From Vulcanimicrobiota bacterium (GTDB taxonomy: Bacteria > Vulcanimicrobiota > Xenobia > Xenobiales > JADMJV01), in the NCBI GenBank assembly GCA_050250895.1, contig JBFWNU010000004.1:366934-430933 (forward strand): a DNA stretch of 64,000 nucleotides, in the 5' to 3' direction. Below are positions 10,016 to 18,742 of the stretch, piece after piece. Position 1 is the stretch's first letter, and each line of letters begins with the position of its first letter. Both the position numbers and the translations under genes were made by a program. Below the pieces are notes generated by a model. The model was not told the origin of the DNA and searched no databases. It was given only the letters and a program-made list of their open reading frames with translations.

Positions 10016-11104
10016 TCAAGCCTGACCACGGGTCTCGATGGTGGGTCTTTCGATAGCGGTCTGGGCTTCTTTCCAGCGAACTCCACCGGGCAAGAGGTTG
10101 TAGGCTCGCTGGAGTCGAGCGATGGCGCGGGTTTCGGCCGTCGACAAACAAGGGTGCCACAGGTTGAGAAAGAGGACCACCCTGAGCTGATCGCTGTGAT
10201 TCCAGACCTCGTGCACGAAAGCGTCGTCAAACACCAGCACTTCGCCCTCCTCCCAGGTGGCCACCTGACCGCCGACTCGCAGGCCACAGTGGTCGGGCAC
10301 CAACAGACCCAGATGGAAGCGAAGAATACCGTTGATGGTGCCTACATGAGGAATGATTCGGCTCTGGGGGTTGAGGGCCGAGAACAGGATGAACTCTTTC
10401 TCGAGCCGGGGCAGACTGGCCAGCAACCCGCTCGTCAGGGGACAGCGTCGACAGTTGTCTTCCACCGCCTCACCCTGAATGTAGAAGTGGAAGGTGTTCC
10501 AGCCCGGCATCAGGTTGCCGTACTCCGTGCGATAGTTGCCAAAACCGCGCGGCTCCGCCAAGAGATCGTTCAACTCGTGGCGAATGGTCTGGCAATGCTC
10601 GCGCAGGATGGAGGTCCAGGGAAAATCTGAAGCCTGGTAGAGCCGGCGGGCGGGAATGCCAGGCAAAAAGAAGTGGGGGCGTTGATGGGGGTCGGTAAAC
10701 TCGGTGCAAGGCCAATCGTCTTGATGGAAAAAGACGTCGAGAAAGCCGGACCGGTGGAACAGCGCTTCGGCCACGTTGCGATATCCGAGCCTGGCACAAC
10801 CCCGTTGGAACGTGGCGTGGGCGTCCAGTCCGAACACCGCTCGGGCGAAGGCGTCGGTCTGGGCTGGTCGGAACTGGTTGGCCAGGTCACGCCAGAACCG
10901 GGCCGTGGGGTTGCTGACGAAGGCCCCTCCCAGGGCCCAGAGCCGATGCAGCCCCCACACCGACAGCCCGAGCGCGGTGGGGCCGCTCGCCGCCACCCTG
11001 GCCCAGACCCGGCGCAGCCAGGCCGGCAGACGCACCGGAGAACCATCCAAACCCAGCTGGTCGTAGCTCACCTGCATCAATTGTTCGAAAGTAGGTTGGG
11101 CCAC
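10016..11104 (-). CDS. Aspartyl/asparaginyl beta-hydroxylase (LpxO-like) 2OG-Fe(II) dioxygenase
   Basis: IIPHVG, LRFHLGL, WEEGEVLVFDDAFVHEVWN and RVVLFLNLWHP motifs. Confidence 0.85.
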   Translation of the reverse strand: MAQPTFEQLMQVSYDQLGLDGSPVRLPAWLRRVWARVAASGPTALGLSVWGLHRLWALGGAFVSNPTARFWRDLANQFRPAQTDAFARAVFGLDAHATFQRGCARLGYRNVAEALFHRSGFLDVFFHQDDWPCTEFTDPHQRPHFFLPGIPARRLYQASDFPWTSILREHCQTIRHELNDLLAEPRGFGNYRTEYGNLMPGWNTFHFYIQGEAVEDNCRRCPLTSGLLASLPRLEKEFILFSALNPQSRIIPHVGTINGILRFHLGLLVPDHCGLRVGGQVATWEEGEVLVFDDAFVHEVWNHSDQLRVVLFLNLWHPCLSTAETRAIARLQRAYNLLPGGVRWKEAQTAIERPTIETRGQA

Positions 11105-11135
11105 GGCCGAGCGCTCTTCTGGTCAGCTCTGCGAA

Positions 11136-11354
11136 CTAGCAGGTAATGTCGAGGTTGCGGCCGAGGTTGCGCTGGCGACGGGCGCGTTCCATCACCTCAT
11201 CGGGCAGCTTGACGCTACGTTGGCACGAGGGGCAGCGCAGCTTCTCGGCGCCAAGCACCTCGTCGACGCTCCACTCGGGCAGCAAGGCCCGGCAATGGGG
11301 GCAGGCCATACGCTTCTCGGGGTTGATTCTTCCTACTTCAGCCATGTCGCCCAT
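11136..11354 (-). CDS. Small zinc-ribbon protein
   Basis: CPHC and CPSC pairs in 72 aa; fills the gap between neighbouring genes. Confidence 0.65.
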   Translation of the reverse strand: MGDMAEVGRINPEKRMACPHCRALLPEWSVDEVLGAEKLRCPSCQRSVKLPDEVMERARRQRNLGRNLDITC

Positions 11355-11407
11355 TTAGTCGGGGCTCGGCGAGGGTCCTCCCGGTAGCCGGCGCGAATGC
11401 TCCAGCC

Positions 11408-12280
11408 ATGCTATTTCTGGGAGCTGACTGCAGCCGCCACAGCATCCATTGTGTGCTGGTCGACGCCGACGGCAGGGTCTGGCAGCGCACTCGAGCCCGT
11501 CGTCAGGGTCCCCTCGAGGCCGATCTGGCTTCGGCCCTGGCCCCCTGCTTGCAAGCAGCCACCGGACCGTTCGAAGCGGCCATCGCGGCCGAGGGTTGCG
11601 GGCCGTTGGCGCTGCCCGAGGGCGCCGCCAGCCTGTGGCAGTGCCGGCCCGAAGAAGCCCTGTTGTGTGGGGCGCTGGCCTGCCGGCCGGGGGTAGTCAT
11701 CACCAGTGCCACCACGGCCCGCGCGCTGGGCATCGACCGCGGGCTAAAACCACGCCAACTCGAGCAAGATGGCGGCAGCGCCGGCTGGCTGGCCGAGCAG
11801 GGTCTAGCCTCGCGGGCCCAATCCCCGCGACTGGCCCAGGCAGTCCAACGTGTCTTTGGCTCGAAAGAGCCCGAAGGGGTGGCCCGACTGGCCTTTTGCC
11901 GCGAGGTGCTTGAACTGGCGACCTTTCCGGGTCCCGACCCCATCTGCCGGGCGCTGGTGCTCAAAGCCGCCCGCAGCCTGTGCGACCTGACTCGCTATCT
12001 GGTGCCACGGATCCAGACCCTCGAACGAGCCAGTTGGGCCGGGGTGGGCATGCGGGAACCGCTGCTCGAGGCCTATTTTCAAGAACTTCAGCAACATCTC
12101 CCCGGCCTGCCCTGGCGCCAGCCACGCTTTCCCGCCGAGGTGGGCTGCGCTCTGTTAGCGCAGGCTGGCTATCACGAACGCCAGCGCCGCGACGATCAGG
12201 CAGCCACCCCGCGCAGGGTCGGCCCCGATGTCTGGCGCCACGTCTTTCGCAACCGCAAGCCCTTTCCTGAGTATGAATGA
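11408..12280 (+). CDS. BadF/BadG/N-acetylglucosamine-kinase-like protein (degenerate)
   Basis: N-terminal LFLGADC, central DGGSAGWLA and late AEVGCALLA fit the BadF/NagK fold. The glycine-rich phosphate loops are eroded. Confidence 0.55.
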   Translation: MLFLGADCSRHSIHCVLVDADGRVWQRTRARRQGPLEADLASALAPCLQAATGPFEAAIAAEGCGPLALPEGAASLWQCRPEEALLCGALACRPGVVITSATTARALGIDRGLKPRQLEQDGGSAGWLAEQGLASRAQSPRLAQAVQRVFGSKEPEGVARLAFCREVLELATFPGPDPICRALVLKAARSLCDLTRYLVPRIQTLERASWAGVGMREPLLEAYFQELQQHLPGLPWRQPRFPAEVGCALLAQAGYHERQRRDDQAATPRRVGPDVWRHVFRNRKPFPEYE

Positions 12281-12941
12281 GCGACGGCTAAGGAAGCCCT
12301 GGTATGGCATCATTGGCGAGCTGTTTTGGGGCTGCTCGCTCACCATGTTCGAAATGGTCAATCTGGGCGGGTTTCCCTGGTGGTGGAAGCTCCACTGGCT
12401 GATGTTTCGCCACTATCGCGGCTTTGATCCCGACGGGCGGGTGCGGCAATTGTACGGCAACAACCCGGGGTCGCTGGCTTATGGTGAAACCCCCGTCTCG
12501 GCCACTCGGCGCATGCTGGCCCTGGCCGAACTGCCGGTAGGTTCGACCCTGGTCGACCTCGGTTGCGGACGCGGCCTGGTAGCCATGGCGGCCGCCTGTT
12601 CAGGCTATCGAGCGGTGGGGGTCGAGGTGATGCCCGAGTATCTCGCAGCCGCTCCGCTCATCACGGCCGCCCTCGACATCGAGGTGGAGTGGCTGATCGG
12701 CGATTTTCTCGAACTCGAACTGCCTCGGGGCGATTGTTATTTCGCTGCCTCGACAGCGTTTCCCCAGCCTGTGCGCGAGCAACTCGGGCAACGCCTGGCC
12801 GAGGTCGGGGCCCCCCTGCTGATCACGCTCGACTGGATCGTCGAGCATCCTGACTATGAACCCATCCGGTCGCTGCGACTGCCGACCACCTGGGGCACCT
12901 CGCTGTTTACCGTCCACCGACTTCGGGGAACAGAGCCTTGA
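12273..12941 (+). CDS. Class I SAM-dependent methyltransferase (DOT1-like)
   Basis: LAYGETP, VDLGCGRG and GDFL motifs. The ATG at 12273 overlaps the end of the upstream gene. Confidence 0.75.
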   Translation: MNERRLRKPWYGIIGELFWGCSLTMFEMVNLGGFPWWWKLHWLMFRHYRGFDPDGRVRQLYGNNPGSLAYGETPVSATRRMLALAELPVGSTLVDLGCGRGLVAMAAACSGYRAVGVEVMPEYLAAAPLITAALDIEVEWLIGDFLELELPRGDCYFAASTAFPQPVREQLGQRLAEVGAPLLITLDWIVEHPDYEPIRSLRLPTTWGTSLFTVHRLRGTEP

Positions 12942-14401
12942 TGGATTTCTTACCTGTGCTCTCTGAATCGGCCCAGGCCTTCTGGCGTACCAGTTACGGC
13001 CTGCTGCTGTTTTTGACCCTGTTGCTGACCTGGCCGGCTTCGAAGTGGTTCTTCCGCAGCGAGAAGTGGGGTGGCTATGCCGAATCGAGCCCCACCGTCG
13101 ATCTCGTTCAGAACCCCTTCATCCATCCCCTGGTGATGGGACTGTGGTTCACCTGCGCCACCATGCTGATGCTGGGACGCGACACCGTCCTGTTCGCTCT
13201 CATCAACCTGGGCCTGTGCTGGTATTTTTTCATCTACATGCGTTGGCGCGGCATCTTGCGCGGCATGGGGGCTCCCGGCTTCATGTGTTACTGGATGGGA
13301 GCGGCGGTGCTGTTTCTCGAGGCTGGTCGCCATCTCGACCCCAGCGGCCGCTTGCTGGCGGCGGGTCTTTTCGCCTTTCAGGTCGACTACGCCATCATCC
13401 AGCTGTGTGCGGGCAGCTACAAGCTGCGAGCCGGCTATCCCCGCAACGAGGGCATGCAGTTAGGAATGGCCAATCCCTGGTGGGGCTACTACTGGCGCTT
13501 CTTCAAGCAGCTCGATTACACCCATCCTCTCTACGTCTTTCTCAACCAATCGGCCTATCTGACCCAAATCGGGGCGGCCTTCTTGATGCTCTATCCTCCG
13601 ACGCGGTTGCTGGGAGCAGGCATCATCATGGCCAGCTTCGTGTTCATTCTCACCCAGATCCGCCTGGGTGTGCTGTGCGAGATGGTCATTATCGGCGGCC
13701 TGTTGTTCATCCCAGCCGGCGGCGTGGTCGACGGTTGGGTGACCTGGCTGATGGGGCACCCCCAGGTGCCCCAGAGTCTGCCCCAGATGCCGCCCTGGCT
13801 GGCTACAGGCCTGGCCGCTTTCTTCTGCGTTTATATCGCCTTGCTACCCTTTGCCAAGTTCGGCCAGTGGTATAACTATCTGGCCCACCAGCGTTTGCCC
13901 GAACCTTTTCAGACCTTCCTCGAGAAGTGGACCAACGCCTTCGGCATCATCATCTGGCGCGTCTTCTCGGTGGATGTGGTCAACTTCTTCGTCCGCGTCT
14001 ATCAGGTCGACGGCGATGGCCGCGAGCAAGAATACACCTGTTTCGGAAAGATCGACTGGCCGACGCGCTGGCGCTATATCCATGTGGGCGAGTTCGTCTG
14101 CTTTGCCTCGATTTTCACGACGCTAAAATATCATCCCAGCAACTCGGAGATGTTTCGCGCCAAGCTGGTTCGCTACGCCCGCACCATTCCTTGTCCCTCC
14201 GGAGGCAAGCTTCGCTTTGCCTATTTCTCGCTGGCCCGCGGCCAGGGAGAGATCGAACATCGCCACAGTGCCGACTTCCTCGTCGAGCCCCACTCGGGCC
14301 ACCTCGAGGTGCGCCAGTATGACGACCTTGACCTGAGCAAGGGCCATGCCGTTTCTCCCGTGCGAGAGGGTGCCCGACCTGGAACCTACGCGCCGGCCTG
14401 A
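12938..14401 (+). CDS. Polytopic membrane protein, HTTM-like
   Basis: Many hydrophobic helices; AGSYKLRAGY...G resembles the HTTM AGxxK motif; soluble C-terminal domain. Confidence 0.55.
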   Translation: MMDFLPVLSESAQAFWRTSYGLLLFLTLLLTWPASKWFFRSEKWGGYAESSPTVDLVQNPFIHPLVMGLWFTCATMLMLGRDTVLFALINLGLCWYFFIYMRWRGILRGMGAPGFMCYWMGAAVLFLEAGRHLDPSGRLLAAGLFAFQVDYAIIQLCAGSYKLRAGYPRNEGMQLGMANPWWGYYWRFFKQLDYTHPLYVFLNQSAYLTQIGAAFLMLYPPTRLLGAGIIMASFVFILTQIRLGVLCEMVIIGGLLFIPAGGVVDGWVTWLMGHPQVPQSLPQMPPWLATGLAAFFCVYIALLPFAKFGQWYNYLAHQRLPEPFQTFLEKWTNAFGIIIWRVFSVDVVNFFVRVYQVDGDGREQEYTCFGKIDWPTRWRYIHVGEFVCFASIFTTLKYHPSNSEMFRAKLVRYARTIPCPSGGKLRFAYFSLARGQGEIEHRHSADFLVEPHSGHLEVRQYDDLDLSKGHAVSPVREGARPGTYAPA

Positions 14402-15494
14402 ATTCGGGCTGGCCACTTCGGCCTTTCAAGTCGAAGGCGGTTGGTCCGAGCGAGGTGCTTCCATTTGGGATGAGGCCTGTCCTCAGGCAGCCACAGCCTG
14501 CGGCAGCTGGCCCGACTTCGAGGGTGAACTGGCCATGCTGGGCTGGCTGGGCGCCGAAGCCTTTCGCTTCTCTCTGGCCTGGCCTCGGCTTTGCCCGGAC
14601 GGACGCCGATTTGAACTTGCTCGGCTGGCCCCTTACGAGCGCTTGGTGGAGCGATTACTGGAAGCCTCGATTCGGCCCGTTCCCACCCTCTATCATTGGG
14701 ACCTGCCGCTGGCCCTCGAGGGCGGCTGGAAAAACCCCGACACGGCCCATCGCTTTGCAGACTACGTCGAGGCGGTGACAGGGCGGCTCTCGGACCGAAT
14801 CGGACAATGGTTCACCCTCAACGAGCCGTGGTGCAGCTGTCATCTGGGCTATGAGACCGGCGAGCACGCCCCCTTCGAAACTTGCCCGCCCCGGGTGGTA
14901 GCCCAGGTTCGTGACCACCTGCTCGGGGCTCATCGCCTGGCGGTCCAGGCCATTCACGCCGCCGGAAGCCGCTGCGGCGCCGCCATGCTGCCGATTCCGT
15001 TGGTGGCCGCCGGACCCGAACACGAAGAGGCGGCCGAACTGGCCTGGCGCGAGGTCAACGATGTCTGGTTCGAGCCGCTCTATCCAGCCGACTTTCTGGG
15101 TCTCAACCTCTACTATCCCACTCTGGTCGAAGCCGTCGACGGCGGCTGGCGAGAGGTTCCCTGGTCGGGACCTCGCACCAGCCTGGGCTGGCCCGTGGAC
15201 CCGGGCTTCTACGGCCCCACCATCGAGAAGGTCCTGGGCCGCTATGGTCCTCAAACTCTGGTGATCAGCGAAACCGGTTGGGCCACCTCTGATGACAGCC
15301 AAAGACAGCAGTGGCTCGAGGCCTCGCGGCTTGACCAGCTGCCGGTCGAAACGGTCTTCTTCTGGAGCCTGATGGACAATCTAGAGTGGCAGCACGGGTT
15401 CGAGCCTCAATTCGGGTTCTTCAGCCGCCAGGGCCAACCCAAACCCAGCGCCGCCTGGCTCAGGCGTAATTGGGGCCAAGCGAGGGGCGACTAG
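14370..15494 (+). CDS. GH1 beta-glucosidase (compact)
   Basis: FGLATSAFQVEG, TLYHWDLP, TLNEP (acid/base), ISETG (nucleophile) and WSLMDNLEW. The start is uncertain. Confidence 0.9.
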   Translation: MPDLEPTRRPEFGLATSAFQVEGGWSERGASIWDEACPQAATACGSWPDFEGELAMLGWLGAEAFRFSLAWPRLCPDGRRFELARLAPYERLVERLLEASIRPVPTLYHWDLPLALEGGWKNPDTAHRFADYVEAVTGRLSDRIGQWFTLNEPWCSCHLGYETGEHAPFETCPPRVVAQVRDHLLGAHRLAVQAIHAAGSRCGAAMLPIPLVAAGPEHEEAAELAWREVNDVWFEPLYPADFLGLNLYYPTLVEAVDGGWREVPWSGPRTSLGWPVDPGFYGPTIEKVLGRYGPQTLVISETGWATSDDSQRQQWLEASRLDQLPVETVFFWSLMDNLEWQHGFEPQFGFFSRQGQPKPSAAWLRRNWGQARGD

Positions 15495-15852
15495 GCCCCG
15501 CAAAACTCGAAGCTCCGGTCGCCCGGGATTCTTTGGCCGCGAAGCGCTCGAGGTATTGACGAAACAAGATCTGGCCGGTCGAATCGCAGGAAAAGGACAC
15601 CAGGCATCGCCAGCAGCCGTTATCGAACTTGACCTGATCGACCCGAGCACTGGCCCGCACGGTGCCGATGGTGACCAGTTGAAAATCGAAGGTCATCGTT
15701 TCGCCCGGTTCGACTCGCACGAAACTCTTGACCAGGACGCGCTGCAAGCCCACCTCGTGGCTCAACATACAGGTTGGGCGATCAGCGCCTACCCGCCAGG
15801 CGAAGATGAGCAGACTAAACTCTAGCTCGTGAAACTCCGGTAACAACGACAA
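15460..15852 (-). CDS. Hypothetical protein, possibly a PilZ-like beta-barrel
   Basis: 130 aa, beta-rich pattern (VRASARV, CLVSF). The canonical RxxxR motif is not evident. Confidence 0.4.
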   Translation of the reverse strand: MSLLPEFHELEFSLLIFAWRVGADRPTCMLSHEVGLQRVLVKSFVRVEPGETMTFDFQLVTIGTVRASARVDQVKFDNGCWRCLVSFSCDSTGQILFRQYLERFAAKESRATGASSFAGPSRPSLGPNYA

Positions 15853-15980
15853 CCCTTCTTCCTCTCTGGAGCTTACAGCATAACTGGCAACACTGCAAGA
15901 TGCCCGAACACGAATTTTAACATTTTTTTCGTCGCATCTTTGCCCGTTCTCTGCTTAAATAGGGGGTAGGAGTTTCTTGT

Positions 15981-16511
15981 ATGGCGACGATCAATCCCAA
16001 TACCCCTCTCAATTCCGTCCTCCCCACCCGACCCGCCGCGACTGGCCTGCCCCTCTCTACTTCGCTCGGCAGTGGTCAGGTCCAGTTTCAGGCCCTGACC
16101 ACCCTCGGTTTGGGTTGGCTCGACTTCGGAGGTGTTACGTCGGCGCAGCACCCTGGTTTCAATTTCGGAGCACCGGCTTTTCCGGCCGGCTTCGGCACGC
16201 CGGCCGCCATCCAGAGCCTGGTGGGCGCAGGCACCTTTCCCGAGTTGGATGTACGTCCTTTCCAGGCGCTCGACGCGGCCACCCTCAACCTGACCCCCCA
16301 GCTGCCCGCGGGCGTGGCGGGCGGCGTAACCGCTCCCAAAATGCCCAGCCTACCAAAAGACTTCGAGAAACAGCTCAAGAAACAGATGGAGCAGTATGAC
16401 AAGGCCATGAAGTCGGCCTTGAAAGGTGCCAGCAAGGGCGATAAGGCCGTCCTCTCGACCTATGAGGCCAGCAACAAACTCTGGCGCCAGTTGCTCGGAT
16501 TGCCCGGCTAA
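15981..16511 (+). CDS. Hypothetical protein
   Basis: AGGAG RBS after an AT-rich intergenic region. Pro/Ala/Gly-rich N-half and a Lys-rich helical C-terminus. Confidence 0.7.
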   Translation: MATINPNTPLNSVLPTRPAATGLPLSTSLGSGQVQFQALTTLGLGWLDFGGVTSAQHPGFNFGAPAFPAGFGTPAAIQSLVGAGTFPELDVRPFQALDAATLNLTPQLPAGVAGGVTAPKMPSLPKDFEKQLKKQMEQYDKAMKSALKGASKGDKAVLSTYEASNKLWRQLLGLPG

Positions 16512-16547
16512 CGCAGGGGAGAGCCCGCCGAGCGCAAAGGGATCCTC

Positions 16548-16922
16548 ATGCGAAAGATGATTCCGTTGCTATTGCTGATTCTGGCCCTGCCCAGCTGGGC
16601 CGAAGCCCCGACTGTAGGCGGTTGGTGGCGTCTTCATATGACCAACGGACATTGGAAGAAGGAAGTTCGCCTCAACCTCGAGCAAACCGGTGAGCGGCTA
16701 GAAGGCTATCTGTTCGACTCGAGCTTCTCGGGCGGAACCAAGGTCCAGGGCAAGGTCGACGGCGACCGCGTCATGGTTTGGTGCAAGGTCGAGGACCGCG
16801 CCGGGAACTCCGCCGAGTCGACCTTCCGAGCGGACCTCAAGGACGACCAGATGGTGGGCACCGCCGACTACTTTTCCAAGCGCTATGAGTTCACTGCCGA
16901 GCGCTTCGAACCCGAAAAGTAA
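16548..16922 (+). CDS. Secreted hypothetical beta-barrel protein
   Basis: Sec-type signal peptide MRKMIPLLLLILALPSWA. Confidence 0.7.
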   Translation: MRKMIPLLLLILALPSWAEAPTVGGWWRLHMTNGHWKKEVRLNLEQTGERLEGYLFDSSFSGGTKVQGKVDGDRVMVWCKVEDRAGNSAESTFRADLKDDQMVGTADYFSKRYEFTAERFEPEK

Positions 16923-16923
16923 T

Positions 16924-17649
16924 CTATAGCCTTCGATAGAGCGAGAGAAACCGTTCACTGGAAGCGGTCAACGGCGTCTTGTTCCAATCGCCGTACCGGG
17001 CCTCTAGAGCCAGCCCCGCCAGCCGGGCCATCAGGTCGAGTTCGCTGGGCCAGACGTAGCGCAATTCGGCCGGATAGCACTCGATGCCCCCCGTGCCCAT
17101 CAAGAGATGGCGGGCCGAGACGCGCTGGCGAACCAGGTCGTGGATGGCGAAGTGGACATGAACACCGTCGTCGGTCATGGCGTAAGCGGCCACCCGCTGT
17201 CCTCGATCAAAGCGAGCCGGGTCCGGCCAGAAAGCCTCGACCAGAAATCGACCCCCGGGCTCGAGATGGGCAGCCACGCACTCCATGCAATGGATTTGAT
17301 GCTCCTGGTCGAGCAGAGCCAGAAAGGTCGAGAAGGCGATGAAGACCAGCCCGTAGCGTCGCTGCAGCTCGAAGTCGCGAAAGTCGGCCCGGTGCACCGT
17401 CAGCTCGGTGCCGCCTGGCTTGGCCCGCAACATCTCGATCATCAGATCGGAGATATCGAGCCCTTCGATCTCGACCCCGGCCTCGGCCAGCGGCAGGGCC
17501 AGCCGGCCGGTCCCGATGCCCAGCTCGAGGACCCGCCGCGAACCTGCCAGTTCAAGCAAAAGCTCGACGGCCCCGGGCTCGGGGTCGGGGTAGAGCCGGT
17601 CGTAGATTGGCGCGATGGTATCCCCGTAGGTGCTGGGGTTATAGGGCAC
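16924..17649 (-). CDS. Class I SAM-dependent methyltransferase
   Basis: VLELGIGTGRLALPLA, GLDIS and LEPGGRF motifs. Confidence 0.88.
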   Translation of the reverse strand: MPYNPSTYGDTIAPIYDRLYPDPEPGAVELLLELAGSRRVLELGIGTGRLALPLAEAGVEIEGLDISDLMIEMLRAKPGGTELTVHRADFRDFELQRRYGLVFIAFSTFLALLDQEHQIHCMECVAAHLEPGGRFLVEAFWPDPARFDRGQRVAAYAMTDDGVHVHFAIHDLVRQRVSARHLLMGTGGIECYPAELRYVWPSELDLMARLAGLALEARYGDWNKTPLTASSERFLSLYRRL

Positions 17650-18626
17650 TAGACGGAGTAGATGCCCATATCGAACAGGGCGTTGGTGAGATAGGCCGGC
17701 AGCACCTCGGAGAAGTTCTCGTTCTTAGGCTGGGCGTTAGCGGCGGCCATCATCTGGCGAGGGTCCATCAAGAAGTTGTCTTGCTGTTTCTGCGATTTGG
17801 CGGCCTCTCGTTCGGCGGCCATGGCCTGAGCCATGTCTCGGTCGTAATCGAGCAGGGCCTGTAAGTCTTCGGAGCCCTCTTCGGCCTGGGCGTGCCGCTG
17901 CTCCATCTCGCGCAGTTGCGAGAGTCCGCTATCGGCTTTGGCCAGGATCTCGCCGGTCGGCGGCAGGTCGATCTTCCAGCGCTCGTCATCTTGATCTTGC
18001 TGCAGCTTGAGAGCCTTTTTCTTGCTGTCGACGACCATCCGCTGGAGCTCGCCCTGCAAGATGGGGTCGTGCAGCGCGCCTTGATTCTGGGCCAAGAACT
18101 GCTTCACATTGGTGGTCTCGTTCTTGGTGAACGACTCGCGCTGGTCGGCGTGCTTGGTGGCCAACTCGTTGCGTTTGGCGGTCTCGAACCCTTCCCGGGC
18201 GAGACGTTGCTGCGGGTTCTCTGGCCCTTTCTCGACCTGGGGGCGGCCCTGCTGATCGAGAGCCACCTCGGGCTTGCCGTCGTTGCCGAATTTGGTGGCA
18301 TAGTGGTTCTCTTCGAAGAACTCTTGCTTCATCTGGCCCAGCTCGTTCTGCAGGTTCTGCTGCAGGTTCTGTCGTTCGCCATAGTGCTGGGTCTGCATCT
18401 GTTGCAGGTTGTTGAAGGATTTCTCGGGGTAGTCTGGGACCTTGAAGTCGAACGTGATGGGGGACTTTAGTTCGGGCTCGTCGCGCTGCAGCAGGTCCAG
18501 ATTGCCTTTCATTGCGTCGGTCTGACGCTGCATCTGCTGGATCTGGTTGCGCATCTGGTTGCCCTGCGTCAACCCTTGAATTGTGTTGATGAGCAAACCG
18601 ACGCCCATTACCGCCCACATTGCCAT
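17649..18626 (-). CDS. Gln-rich coiled-coil hypothetical protein
   Basis: Long ORF with a hydrophobic N-terminal helix followed by Q/E/K-rich coils. Probable start MAMWAV, with a GGAG RBS upstream; the ORF can extend to 18689. Confidence 0.7.
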   Translation of the reverse strand: MAMWAVMGVGLLINTIQGLTQGNQMRNQIQQMQRQTDAMKGNLDLLQRDEPELKSPITFDFKVPDYPEKSFNNLQQMQTQHYGERQNLQQNLQNELGQMKQEFFEENHYATKFGNDGKPEVALDQQGRPQVEKGPENPQQRLAREGFETAKRNELATKHADQRESFTKNETTNVKQFLAQNQGALHDPILQGELQRMVVDSKKKALKLQQDQDDERWKIDLPPTGEILAKADSGLSQLREMEQRHAQAEEGSEDLQALLDYDRDMAQAMAAEREAAKSQKQQDNFLMDPRQMMAAANAQPKNENFSEVLPAYLTNALFDMGIYSV

Positions 18627-18742
18627 GTTGGGACAACTCCTTTTGTCTTTTTTGGAGAGGGCATACTTCTCCAGGTCCCATGCTAACACAAACTATAGGG
18701 CGCAAGTCAAGGATGCCGGGCACTTACGGCGAAACCAAACCC

